DNA from: a bacterium
GTDB lineage: Bacteria; UBA8248
NCBI GenBank assembly: GCA_965199855.1
Contig: OZ241326.1
Location: forward strand, 288,001-352,000
Direction: 5' to 3'
Length of the DNA: 64,000 nt
Of the stretch, positions 1-9,475 are shown piece after piece (positions within the stretch are counted from its first letter, which is position 1; every line of letters starts with the position of its first letter). A model generated the notes under the pieces. That model saw only the letters and a list, made by a program, of their open reading frames with translations. It was not told where the DNA came from and ran no database searches. The translations under genes were made by a program, and so were the position numbers.

Positions 1-982
1 TCCTCACGTCGTTGATGGGCGCGGCGGCGCCCTCGAACGCCGTCAGGCGCGACATCACCTCCTCGAGCGTGAGCGACGCGATGGTCTTCCCCAGCTCCTC
101 CTCCAGGGCGTCGGGGTTCTTCATGCGCTCGCGGTTGTCCGAGAACCGGGAGTCGGCGATGAGATCCTCGCGCCCGAGGCCCCGGCAGATGTTCTCGAAG
201 ATCGACTGGTTCGAGCCCGCGATGAGCACCCACTGATCATCCGCGGTGCGGAAGTTGTTTCTCGGCACCGCGAATTCGAGGCGCGAGCCGCTTCTGCCCT
301 GGATGAAGCCGAGCTGGTCGCAGTAAATCACCTGGGGTCCCAGCATGGTGAGCAGCTGCTCGTAGATGGCGAGGTCTATCTGCTGGCCGAGGCCGCCTCT
401 TCTCTCGCGCTCGAACAGGGCGACCATCACCAGGAAGGCGGCGGCGATGCCCGTGGAGCAGTCGCCCAGCCCCCAGGAGGGGCTCAGCGGCGGGCCGTCC
501 GCGTGGCCGTTGATGTGGCTGAATCCCGCGAAGGCCTCGGCCAGGGAGCCGAAGCCCGGGCGGTTTCGGTAAGGTCCCGTTCTGCCGAAGCCCGTGATGG
601 AGAGCATGACGAGGGCGGGGTTCACCGCGCTGAGCGCGTCGTAGTCGAGGCCCCATTTCCGCAGGACGCCGGTGCGGTAGTTCTCCACCACCACGTCGGC
701 CTCCTCCACGAGCCGCTTCACCGCCTCGACGCCGAAGGGCGTTCTGAGGTCCAGGGTCACGCTCTTCTTGCTGCGGTTGATCATCTTGTGGTAGAGGCCC
801 ACCCCGTTCTTGTGGTGGCCCCAGAGCCGCATGGGGTCTCCGCCCTTCGGGTTTTCGATCTTGACGACCTCGGCGCCGTAGTCCGCCAGATACATCGCCG
901 CCAGCGGCCCCGCCAGATAGTTCGAGATGTCCACGACCTTCACGCCCGCCAGGGGCGCGCGCGCGTTCGCCGAATCGCTCAT
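1..982 (-). CDS. CoA-transferase family III (CaiB/BaiF), 3' end runs off window
   Basis: Manual translation from ATG at 982: MSDSANARAPLAGVKVVDISNYLAGPLAAMYLADYGAEVVKIENPKGGDPMR...NRSKKSVTLDL...VVVENYRTG. Absent from ORF track because it has no stop in the window. Confidence 0.92.
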   Translation of the reverse strand, partial: MSDSANARAPLAGVKVVDISNYLAGPLAAMYLADYGAEVVKIENPKGGDPMRLWGHHKNGVGLYHKMINRSKKSVTLDLRTPFGVEAVKRLVEEADVVVENYRTGVLRKWGLDYDALSAVNPALVMLSITGFGRTGPYRNRPGFGSLAEAFAGFSHINGHADGPPLSPSWGLGDCSTGIAAAFLVMVALFERERRGGLGQQIDLAIYEQLLTMLGPQVIYCDQLGFIQGRSGSRLEFAVPRNNFRTADDQWVLIAGSNQSIFENICRGLGREDLIADSRFSDNRERMKNPDALEEELGKTIASLTLEEVMSRLTAFEGAAAPINDVR

Positions 983-1080
983 GGGGAGTCCTCGGTGATG
1001 GTTTTTGGCGCGTGCGGGGAGAATGCTATCATTCGGGGCATTCGGTGGGAATTGACTCGCGCCTCCCTGCGGAGAAGGCC

Positions 1081-1233
1081 ATGGGCTATCGCGGAATGCG
1101 CGTCGTGGACTCCGACGCGCATTATCTCGAAGAGATTCGAGACTTCGCCAAGCATCTCGAAGGCCCCGCCGTCGAGCGCTTCCCCGTGGAGGCGGACGGG
1201 GAGGACCTCTACGTCATCCTGCCGGGAGGGTAA
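1081..1233 (+). pseudogene. Chimeric remnant: amidohydrolase-like N-terminus joined to a Rieske ferredoxin-like C-terminus
   Basis: MGYRGMRVVDSDAHYLE resembles the amidohydrolase N-terminal metal-binding strand; VERFPVEADGEDLYV resembles a Rieske protein C-terminus; only 50 codons. Confidence 0.55.
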
Positions 1234-1317
1234 GGGGGATGAGCCAAGGCGTCGAGGGAGGCATCACCGATCTTCATCGATTTCACGAAATCGCGAATAA
1301 GAAAGGACAAAAGAAAC

Positions 1318-2484
1318 GTGTCTCTGGCGAATCTGGATAGAGAGACGCTCCGCAAAAAGGTGCTGGAGGCCTACAATGCGGATGATCCCCACCTCCGGCG
1401 ATTCCGGAAACACGCGCGCCGCCTCCGGGACGGAGTGAAGCCGCTTCGAGCGTATTCGACCAATGCGGTCTCATCGGTCTCGGCGGATGGCGGCGACAAT
1501 CGCCTCACGTTTAATCCGGTAGTTGTCGAACTGGTCCGGGTGGTGGATTCACTAGGCATGGAGTGCGCGCTCGACGCCGTCGCCAGCACCATTACCCTGA
1601 AAGAACTGGGGGAGCGCGCCGATCCGGAATCGGAACGTGGAATTCCTCCCTTGCAGCGATTGGCCCAGGATACCGGCAAGACGCTCGAAGATATGTCGTC
1701 AAACCTCATCAAAGGCATCGGGGCTCCGGGCGGGAGCACCGCGGCGATGCGCTGTTACCGCGACATCGTCGAGTGGGCCGTGCTTTACGATCTTGTTGCG
1801 AAGCCCAATCTTCGATGGGGCAACGATACGATTCTGGTGCGGGACGGCCTTCTCCGAACCAAATCCTTCTCGCGGGGCATGTTCCCTCTCCTGGATGAAA
1901 AAATACGCGACGGCGTCGCCGCGCACGCGCAAAAAAACGTGCAGATCTCAATCGTTGGCGTAGCGAAGCAAAGCGCCGTCCTCGGACGACTCGCGGTCGC
2001 CCTGGAGCTGGAGGCGACGTTTCACAAAAATTATCCATGCTATGTTCGCGTCGATCGGGACATAGAGAAAGAGTGCTACGATTTCGACAGTTCCTGGTTC
2101 GAGACATACGAAACAACGGAGGAAAACGCCTCCGGCCGCCGGTTGTACCAATCTCTCGGGCGTCTCCATCTCGTGAAGTTCGGGGACAGGCCAATGGATC
2201 CGGTATGGCCCGTTGATATCGCCGAATGGCAAGTGGGAAGCGCTGACCGCATTCTGGGGCAGCTCATGGCCGATGCCCAACAAGGCTTCCCCATTCCCGA
2301 TTACCCGATGTGCATTCAGCGAGCGCATAACTATGCGAAAATATCCGGCCTCGAAGTCCAGGACCTCCAGGATATGCTTTTCCAAGGATTGTGCAGCAAA
2401 CTTACAAATGAAGAGACCGAACGTCTGCTTCGCATGAAGCACCTGGGGCAGACGCTGGCGGATCTCAGATACAGGGAAGCCTGA
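1318..2484 (+). CDS. nurA: NurA-family nuclease (RNase H-like fold)
   Basis: SADGG, LVRDGLL, VGVAKQS and GFPIPDYPMCIQRAH motifs; directly upstream of a HerA ATPase. Confidence 0.8.
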   Translation: MSLANLDRETLRKKVLEAYNADDPHLRRFRKHARRLRDGVKPLRAYSTNAVSSVSADGGDNRLTFNPVVVELVRVVDSLGMECALDAVASTITLKELGERADPESERGIPPLQRLAQDTGKTLEDMSSNLIKGIGAPGGSTAAMRCYRDIVEWAVLYDLVAKPNLRWGNDTILVRDGLLRTKSFSRGMFPLLDEKIRDGVAAHAQKNVQISIVGVAKQSAVLGRLAVALELEATFHKNYPCYVRVDRDIEKECYDFDSSWFETYETTEENASGRRLYQSLGRLHLVKFGDRPMDPVWPVDIAEWQVGSADRILGQLMADAQQGFPIPDYPMCIQRAHNYAKISGLEVQDLQDMLFQGLCSKLTNEETERLLRMKHLGQTLADLRYREA

Positions 2485-2486
2485 CC

Positions 2487-4553
2487 ATGCTGTTCTCGAA
2501 CGCGCGTATCGTTGGAACGTTCAAGGGTTTTCATGAGCGCGGCTTTGAATTTGCGGCCGAAATTATCGCCCCTTACGACGCGGGAATGCTCGATCGCCCT
2601 CAACTCGGCCAGTTCCTTCTCGTTGAGCTCGGCTCACGGGAAGAGGCCGCGCTCGGACGCATAACGCGCTTCGTTCCTTCCGGGTTGCTGACCACGCCGG
2701 AAGGTGAAGACTACGTCACTACCATGCAGCGCAGGCAACAAGAGGTGCCCGAAGACCTGAAGGAGCAGCGCTTGAAATATCGCGTCCAGGTAAAACTGCT
2801 GGGGGCCGTGCGCGCAAACGGAAGCGGAATCATCTATGTTCCATCACAGCGCAGGCTGCCGCATCTCGGCGCGCGCGTCGCATTGCCCAGCGATCAGGTT
2901 TTGCGGGAGCTGTGCAAGCTGAGCAGGGGAGAAACGGAGCTGGGGTCATACGTGTTGGGCGAATTCGTATTCTGCGGCGCCAGCCACAGACAGCGCCAGC
3001 CCGAACTGCTTTCTTGCGATCCCCGACTTCAGGTTACCTTTGACATTAAAAGCCTTGTGTCCCGCCGCTCCGTTGTTTTCGCGCGCGCGGGCTACGGGAA
3101 GTCCAACCTTGTCAAGTTTCTTGTCGCCGAGTTGTACAAGGAACAGCCCGTCACCTCGAGCGGCCGACCCGTCGGCGCGCTGATTTTCGATCCTGACGGC
3201 GAGTACTTCTGGCCTGATCGCGTCGCGAATCGCCCGGGGCTGTGCGACGTGCCGCACCTGAAGGATCGTCTTATCGTGTTCACCAACCGGCCGGCACCAA
3301 ATCCGTATTATGGCAGCTGGAAGGCCGGCGAAGTGAAGCTCGACATACGAGATATTGCCCCGCGTGACGTGATCAGCATTGCGATTTCTTCCGATCGCCA
3401 ATCCCAGCAGAACGTCCTCAAGCTGAAGAGCGTTTCACGCCCGAACTGGCGCGAACTCGTTGATCTGATCCACAAAAAGGAGCTTCGAGTCGAGGACAGT
3501 GAAATCGGAAAACTTCTTGGCTACAAGGATTCCCAAATTTTGAGCGCTGGGGTCGAAATCGCGGCGGCTCGCAGCAATATGTTCAATGTCGTGCGGACCC
3601 TTCACGACCCGAACAGCCAGGTGCTGGCGGGAACGCTCCGCGCTCTGGCCAAAGGGCAGGTTGTCGTCATCGACATCAGCCTGTTGAGTTCTGGCGCCGG
3701 CAACATGCTCGCCGGTCTGCTTCTCAGGCGGATTTTCTCGCATAATCAGGAGAACTTTACGGGCGGAAGTCCCGTAATCCCCGCCGTCGCCATCGTAGAG
3801 GAGGCGCAGAGCGTTCTCGGCCGCCGGCTGGACGATGCCAGCCCCTACGTGGAATGGGTGAAGGAAGGGCGCAAGTACGATCTCGGGGCCATGCTCGTTA
3901 CGCAGCAACCGGGTTCGATGGCGCCCGAGCTGCTCAGTCAGGCGGACAACTGGTTTTGCTTCCATCTGCTCTCCGAAGGCGACGCCGGGGTTCTGGGAAA
4001 ATACAACTCCCATTATTCACCGGACGTTCTCGCTCATCTCATCGCGGAGCCCATCCCCGGCAATTGCTACATGTGGAGCGCGCCGCACCAGCCCTTCGTG
4101 CTTCCGGTTCGACTGCGGGACTTCGGCGAAATCTATGGGGACAACATACGAAAAGAAGATGACGCGTCGCCCGCGGAAAACACCGGGGCGCAGGAAGTCA
4201 TCAAGGAACGGGCGGACGCCATGATTCGCATCAAGGATTGCGTGCGGGAACAACTGAAAAACAATCGCACGAAGGGCGGATTCCCGGTTAGATTCTACAG
4301 GATACCCGATGCGCTTCCCGAAGGCCGCGAGGGGGTTGGGATCAAGGAAGGCCAATTGTACTATCTCATCAAGTCCTGCAAATCTCCCGAAGACCCCCAT
4401 ACGGAAGATGAGTTGAAACGCCCGATTCTTGATCTGTTGCTTGGAGAAGGCGCCCTATGCGTCAAGAAGCGCGAGAACGCGGATTACTACTGCGCCGCCC
4501 TGGAAGACTGGGAGCGCGCGCTCGGAAAGAAGCCGACGCTCTCGGATCCATGA
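2487..4553 (+). CDS. herA: HerA/DUF87 (FtsK-HerA superfamily) ATPase with N-terminal HAS-barrel-like region
   Basis: Walker A ARAGYGKS, IFDPDGEY, Walker B AIVEEAQ, arginine finger KEGRKY, LVTQQP. Confidence 0.88.
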   Translation: MLFSNARIVGTFKGFHERGFEFAAEIIAPYDAGMLDRPQLGQFLLVELGSREEAALGRITRFVPSGLLTTPEGEDYVTTMQRRQQEVPEDLKEQRLKYRVQVKLLGAVRANGSGIIYVPSQRRLPHLGARVALPSDQVLRELCKLSRGETELGSYVLGEFVFCGASHRQRQPELLSCDPRLQVTFDIKSLVSRRSVVFARAGYGKSNLVKFLVAELYKEQPVTSSGRPVGALIFDPDGEYFWPDRVANRPGLCDVPHLKDRLIVFTNRPAPNPYYGSWKAGEVKLDIRDIAPRDVISIAISSDRQSQQNVLKLKSVSRPNWRELVDLIHKKELRVEDSEIGKLLGYKDSQILSAGVEIAAARSNMFNVVRTLHDPNSQVLAGTLRALAKGQVVVIDISLLSSGAGNMLAGLLLRRIFSHNQENFTGGSPVIPAVAIVEEAQSVLGRRLDDASPYVEWVKEGRKYDLGAMLVTQQPGSMAPELLSQADNWFCFHLLSEGDAGVLGKYNSHYSPDVLAHLIAEPIPGNCYMWSAPHQPFVLPVRLRDFGEIYGDNIRKEDDASPAENTGAQEVIKERADAMIRIKDCVREQLKNNRTKGGFPVRFYRIPDALPEGREGVGIKEGQLYYLIKSCKSPEDPHTEDELKRPILDLLLGEGALCVKKRENADYYCAALEDWERALGKKPTLSDP

Positions 4554-4727
4554 TGCCCGGCGCTTCAGATGCCCCCCCCTTCTCACTCGCTTGGCGAGTG
4601 CGGCGCTTCGTTGGCCGGTATCGTAACGGCGTTCATCAAAGGTCGATCCGACAAAGAGTAAAGCGAACGCGCTTGCCGCGTCACTTCGGGACGGGTTCGT
4701 TTGAAAAAGCGTTTCCCCGAAAAGCCG

Positions 4728-5531
4728 TCAGCTCCCCCTGAACTTCGGCTTGCGCTTTTCGTGAAAGGCCTCGACGCCTTCGCGGAAGTCGTCCGACTGG
4801 CGAAGCCGGGAGTAGCAGTGACCCTCCAGCTCGATGGCGGCGGAGAGGAGCGTGTCTTCGGTTTCGTTGAGCAGGCGCTTGGCCGTTCGCTGGGCCAGGG
4901 GCGCGAACCCGCGCAATTCGGCGGCCAGGGCGTCCGTGGCCGCTTCCAGCTCCTCGTCCGGGACGACTTCCGAGACGATGCCCCACTCGCGCGCCTGCCT
5001 GCCGGTGATGCGCTTCGAGCGCATGACGACGTCCTTCGTCCGCGCGATGCCGATCATCTTCTGGAGGCGCGCCGAGCCGCCGGAGCCGGGAATCTGGCCC
5101 AGGCGCTGCTCGGGGAGGGCGTAGAGCGCCGTCTCCGAGGCGACGCGGAAGTCGCAGGCGAGCGAGACCTCGAAGCCGACCCCGAAGCAGTAGCCGCGAT
5201 TGGCGGCGACGACGGGCTTTTCGCACCGCGCGGGCGCGGCGATGTTGTCGGCCAGCTTCGAGACGTGCTCGGGCGATGCTTCCAGAAAGCCGCGAATGAA
5301 GCCGCCCGAGGAGAAGTTCGGGCCGAGAGCGCGGAGCACGATCACCCGCACCCGGTCGTCGCGGTCGAGACTCTCGAACGCGGCGCGCATCTCCTCGCGC
5401 TGCCCCATCGAAATGGTGTTCATGTCGCCGCGGTCAAGAACGATGTCGCCGCGCTGCCGGTCCGCGTCCACCTCGACCGTGAAGCCGTCGAAGCGCGCGC
5501 CTCGCGGATCCTCAAGCGCTTCGGTCGCCAA
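4728..5531 (-). CDS. Enoyl-CoA hydratase/isomerase family, resembles 2-oxoglutaroyl-CoA hydrolase (HmfE-like)
   Basis: FSSGG, KPVVAANRGYCFGVGFEVSLACDFR, LPEQRLGQIPGSGG crotonase motifs; TTG start with GGAG RBS. Subfamily assignment is from recollection only. Confidence 0.88.
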   Translation of the reverse strand: MATEALEDPRGARFDGFTVEVDADRQRGDIVLDRGDMNTISMGQREEMRAAFESLDRDDRVRVIVLRALGPNFSSGGFIRGFLEASPEHVSKLADNIAAPARCEKPVVAANRGYCFGVGFEVSLACDFRVASETALYALPEQRLGQIPGSGGSARLQKMIGIARTKDVVMRSKRITGRQAREWGIVSEVVPDEELEAATDALAAELRGFAPLAQRTAKRLLNETEDTLLSAAIELEGHCYSRLRQSDDFREGVEAFHEKRKPKFRGS

Positions 5532-5557
5532 GGTGACTCCTCCCGCTTCGCGCCTCC

Positions 5558-7198
5558 TCATCGGCGCGAATGGTATCCCTTCCGTCCGGCGGACGCCATC
5601 CGCAGCAGGGACTTCTTGTCGATCTTGCCGCCGCCCACCCGGGGAAGCGCGCCCAGCTGAATGAATCGCGCCGGTATCTTGTAGGTGGCGAGTCCGCCCG
5701 CGCGCAGAAGGTCAATCAGGGCTTCGGGCTCGGGCGTCTTTCCTTCGTGCGCCTGAAAGAACGCCCAGGGCGCCTCGCCGTATTCGGGGTCGGGGGCGGC
5801 GACGACGGCGCACTCGAAGACGTCGGGATGCCTGGCGATTTCCCGCTCGACCTCTATCGGCAGGATTTTGTGGCCGCTGCGGTTGATGACGTCCCCGCCG
5901 CGGCCCAGCAGCGTCAGCCGCCCGTCCTCGCCGATGACCCCGATGTCGCCGGTCGCGCACCAGCCCTCCGACCAGACCGCCCGCGCGGCCCGCGGGTCGC
6001 TCCAGTAGCCGGAGGAGGCGTAGGGCGCGGAAACCCGGAGCCGCCCGATTCCGCCGGGAGGAAGCGCGCCTCCGCTCTCATCCTCGATGCGCAGGCGGCA
6101 CCCCGGAAGCGGGAGGCCGACGCTGCCGTCGAGCCGAAGGGCGGCCGGCTCCCGAACGTCCGCGTGCCCGAAGCCGGGGCATTCCATGCTTCCCGCCGCG
6201 ACCACGACGCGGCAATTCGTCAGGCTTTCGAGGCGGCGGGCCGCCTCGAGATCGGCGACCGCCGTGCCGACCCGCACGACGCGCAGCGAGCCGAGATCGA
6301 AGGAGGCGAGGTCTTCGCGCGCCAGCCGGGCGAGGACGACCGGCACCGTCGTCGCCGCGGTGATCCTCGCTTCCTCGACGAGCCGGAGGAGGTCGCGCGC
6401 CTTGTAGCCGTCGGGAAAGGTGAAGGCGCAGGGCGCCGCGCCGGAGGCCGCCCAGACCAGAAGCCCCGCCGCGCCCGACATCGGCGCGAAGACGCCGACG
6501 TTGTCGTCCTCCCCGAGGCTCAACCTTTCGGCGATGGCGCGCCCGACGCAGACCTGCGCCGCCTCCGGCCATTCGCACAGCTTGGGGAGGCCGCTCGATC
6601 CGCTCGAGACCGTGATCAGGGAAACCTCGTCGAAGCGGAAGCCTCGGCCGGCGATCCGTCCGGGGGCGCCGGCGTCCCGCGGGGCTTCGCGCAGGGCGGG
6701 CCAGCTCAGCCACCCCTCTGGCGCTTCCTCCGAGAGGAGGACGCGAAGGACGGGTTCGGCGCGACCGGCGAACGCCTCGTTCAGCCAGGCCGTTCGATCC
6801 TCGTCCATGGCTTCGGGCGAGACGAACACGGCGGCGGGGTCGAGTCGCCGGCGGGCGTGTTCGAGCTCCCTGCGCCGCCACTGCATGGGGGCGAAGCAGC
6901 CGATGATTCCGGCTTTCTTGAGCGCGATCCGCAGGATCATTTCGCGGTTCGAGGAAGTCATCTGCGCGAGGGCGCGGGCGCCGCGCGGAATCCCGCGGGC
7001 GATCAGGCTCGCGGCGATCCGGGCGGTCGCCTCATCCAGCCGCCGCCAGGTGATTTCCTCCTCCGCGTCGCGGCAGGCGGTCTTGTCGGGAAAATCCCGC
7101 GCGTAGGCTGCGTATCGCCCGACCATCGTCTCGCGCGACCAGTGCCCGGCCGCGAGATGCGCCTCGATTGCGGCGCGGTCGAGAAGAGAGGGCTTCAC
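5558..7198 (-). CDS. Acyl/aryl-CoA ligase (ANL adenylate-forming enzyme)
   Basis: SSGSSGLPK P-loop, ATGDIG, GR..DVINRSGHKI.P.EVE, LPRVGGGKIDK. Confidence 0.9.
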   Translation of the reverse strand: MKPSLLDRAAIEAHLAAGHWSRETMVGRYAAYARDFPDKTACRDAEEEITWRRLDEATARIAASLIARGIPRGARALAQMTSSNREMILRIALKKAGIIGCFAPMQWRRRELEHARRRLDPAAVFVSPEAMDEDRTAWLNEAFAGRAEPVLRVLLSEEAPEGWLSWPALREAPRDAGAPGRIAGRGFRFDEVSLITVSSGSSGLPKLCEWPEAAQVCVGRAIAERLSLGEDDNVGVFAPMSGAAGLLVWAASGAAPCAFTFPDGYKARDLLRLVEEARITAATTVPVVLARLAREDLASFDLGSLRVVRVGTAVADLEAARRLESLTNCRVVVAAGSMECPGFGHADVREPAALRLDGSVGLPLPGCRLRIEDESGGALPPGGIGRLRVSAPYASSGYWSDPRAARAVWSEGWCATGDIGVIGEDGRLTLLGRGGDVINRSGHKILPIEVEREIARHPDVFECAVVAAPDPEYGEAPWAFFQAHEGKTPEPEALIDLLRAGGLATYKIPARFIQLGALPRVGGGKIDKKSLLRMASAGRKGYHSRR

Positions 7199-7213
7199 GT
7201 CCCAAGTCCCGGG

Positions 7214-7999
7214 CTAGCGGCCCCTGTATCGGGGAGGGCGCTTTTCGGCGTAGGCCCTGAGCGCCTCGCGGCTGTCCTCGGTCGCCATGCAGATGGCGTA
7301 GAGCTTGCGCTCGTAGTCGATGCCCGTCAGCAGGTCCGTCTCCATGGAGCGCAGGACGGCGTCGCGCCCGGCGGCGAAGGCCATGGGCGCCTGCGCGCCC
7401 AGCTCGCGCGCCAGCTCCTTCGCGCGGGGCAGCAGGTCGGCGAGCGGCAGAACCTCCGTGACCAAGCCGATGGAAAGCGCTTTTTGCGCGTCGATTCGCT
7501 GTCCGGTGAGCACCATCTGCATCGCCCAGCCCAGGCCGACGAACCGGGAGAGGCGCTGCGTGCCGCCCGAGCCGGGAATCTGGCCCAGGCTGATCTCCGG
7601 CTGCGCGAGCTGCGCGTTTTCGCTCGCTACGCGGACGGTGCATCCCATGGCGAATTCGAGGCCCGCGCCGAAGCAGTAGCCGTTGATCGCGGCGACGGTC
7701 GGCTTGCCGAGGCGCTCCACCGCGGTCGGCAGGTCCTTCCTGAGCGTCGCCGAGGGCCCCATCTCGGAGAGGAGCGTCCGTTGCTCGAGCTCCGGGATGT
7801 TGGTGCCGGCGCAAAACGCCTTGTCCCCGTGTCCGGTGAACACGATGGCGCGGACCGCGTCGTCGGACTCGGCGCGGCGAACGCAGTCCAGCAGATCGAC
7901 CCGCATCTGGTGGGTCATGGCGTTTCGCCGCTCGGGCCAGTGAAGCGTCGCGATCAGCAGGTCCCCGTCCATTTCGGTGAGCACGTTCTCGTAAGGCAT
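7214..7999 (-). CDS. Enoyl-CoA hydratase/isomerase (crotonase family)
   Basis: AFCAG, KPTVAAINGYCFGAGLEFAMGC, QPEISLGQIPGSGGTQRL. Confidence 0.93.
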   Translation of the reverse strand: MPYENVLTEMDGDLLIATLHWPERRNAMTHQMRVDLLDCVRRAESDDAVRAIVFTGHGDKAFCAGTNIPELEQRTLLSEMGPSATLRKDLPTAVERLGKPTVAAINGYCFGAGLEFAMGCTVRVASENAQLAQPEISLGQIPGSGGTQRLSRFVGLGWAMQMVLTGQRIDAQKALSIGLVTEVLPLADLLPRAKELARELGAQAPMAFAAGRDAVLRSMETDLLTGIDYERKLYAICMATEDSREALRAYAEKRPPRYRGR

Positions 8000-8115
8000 G
8001 GGAGAGCCGCCTCCTCATTTCCCCTGAGTTTTTCGCGCCGGCGCCCGGCGCGGCCCGCATCCGAAGGCCCGTCCGCTTCTTTCGTCCGCACGGGGCTTTC
8101 CCGCCCGGACTCCCT

Positions 8116-9291
8116 TCAAGCGCCGAGTTTCAGCTTGAGCCAGTCGAAAATCTCGTGCGCGTAGGGGGGGACGTTGTCCATCTGGCAGTGCTGGGCGCCG
8201 GTTTCCGTCCCCTTGACGATTCGGAGCGTCTTGTCCCTGGAGCCTGCGGCCCTGTAGAGCTTGCGCGCCTCGGCGAGGGATATCTGTTGGTCGCCCTCTC
8301 CGTGAATCAGGAGAAACGGGCAGCGCATCTTCTGCGCCACGCCGTCGAGCTTGAAGCCTTCGAGCTTCTCCAGGGACTCCTCGGTGGAGCCGGAGTTGAA
8401 AATCCAGTTCAGGTGATGCCCCGGAACCGAGAGCGCCGTCCTGTAGGCGGCGTCGATGCGCTCCCGCCAGACTTTTTGATAGTCCCAAATCGCCCCCCAG
8501 GCCACGCACGCCTTGAAGCGGCGCTCCATGCCGGCGTTTCGGGGCGCGTAGTAGCCGCCCAGGCTGATGGCCATGACGCCCGCGCGCTTCGCGTTCACGT
8601 CCCTGCGCTTCTCCAGATAGTCGAGCGCCGCCGCGCCCGCGGCTTCGTGGTCGTGCCGCAGGTAGAGCTTTCGGAAGCGGATGGCCTCCCCGTTTCCGGG
8701 CGCGTCCACGGCCAGCACGCTCATCCCCCGGCGCGCCAGATCCTCCGCTCCCAGCAGGTATTGAATCTCCTTGGAGACGTCGAAGCCGTCGAAGGACACC
8801 ACCACGGGCGGCTTCGCCTTTCTCGTGTTCCGGGCGTGGACGAAGAGGCCGGGAAGCGCCTTTTTGCCTTCGAAGGGAATTTCCACATGCTCGACGCGCG
8901 GAGAATCCGTAAGCGCGGCGAAGCGCCTGAAGGAATCCAGCGACTTGCGGTAGGCGTCGTTCGCCGCCTTGTCCTTGGGCGTCCGGAAGCGCTCGCCGAG
9001 CTGATAGTAGAAGCAGGCGCGCTTGTGGAAGGCGGCGGCGGAGAGCGCGTTCTTCCTTCTGGCGGCGGCCATCCCCAGGGCGCGCATTCTGTCCGCCTCC
9101 CTCACCCACTCGGCGAACCAGGCGTCGTCGTCGCCCACCCTGCCGGCGAGCCTTCGGCAGACGCGATCCACCTCTCCCATCGTGGCGGCGCCCCAATAGG
9201 AGGTGGAGCAGGCGATGCTCACGCCCGCGGACCAGCGGTAGTCATCCGAAAAATACGCGAACCAGGGTTCCTTGCCGACGGCTTTTGCCAT
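8116..9291 (-). CDS. Alpha/beta hydrolase, 2,6-dihydroxypseudooxynicotine hydrolase/FrsA-like (copy 1)
   Basis: FDGFDVSKE, DAPGNGE, nucleophile elbow ISLGGYYAPR, HGEGD, GAQHCQ. Confidence 0.85.
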   Translation of the reverse strand: MAKAVGKEPWFAYFSDDYRWSAGVSIACSTSYWGAATMGEVDRVCRRLAGRVGDDDAWFAEWVREADRMRALGMAAARRKNALSAAAFHKRACFYYQLGERFRTPKDKAANDAYRKSLDSFRRFAALTDSPRVEHVEIPFEGKKALPGLFVHARNTRKAKPPVVVSFDGFDVSKEIQYLLGAEDLARRGMSVLAVDAPGNGEAIRFRKLYLRHDHEAAGAAALDYLEKRRDVNAKRAGVMAISLGGYYAPRNAGMERRFKACVAWGAIWDYQKVWRERIDAAYRTALSVPGHHLNWIFNSGSTEESLEKLEGFKLDGVAQKMRCPFLLIHGEGDQQISLAEARKLYRAAGSRDKTLRIVKGTETGAQHCQMDNVPPYAHEIFDWLKLKLGA

Positions 9292-9475
9292 GGAGGATTT
9301 CTCCTTGCGGAAAGCGGGAAACTCTCGTGAACGCCCTTGAGCGATTATCTCATGGATTCGTCCATCGTATCACGGCGCCGCTCCCGGCGTCATCGCCTCG
9401 GGGGGGCCTCCTCGAGAGCGGCCGCCGCTTTTGTAGTAGGATGTCGCCCGCCCCGCCCTTTTCCGGCGTCGGAGC

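Noticed and set aside
4554-4727. Possible third gene of the nurA-herA cassette
   Set aside because: The short ORFs have no clear RBS or motif and run into the convergent crotonase gene.
5570-8164. Long antisense or alternate-frame ORFs (e.g. 5570-8164, 35719-38364, 46586-49255, 49447-52131, 56267-58645)
   Set aside because: Shadow ORFs of real genes in high-GC DNA; Arg/Ala/Gly/Pro-rich with no family motifs.
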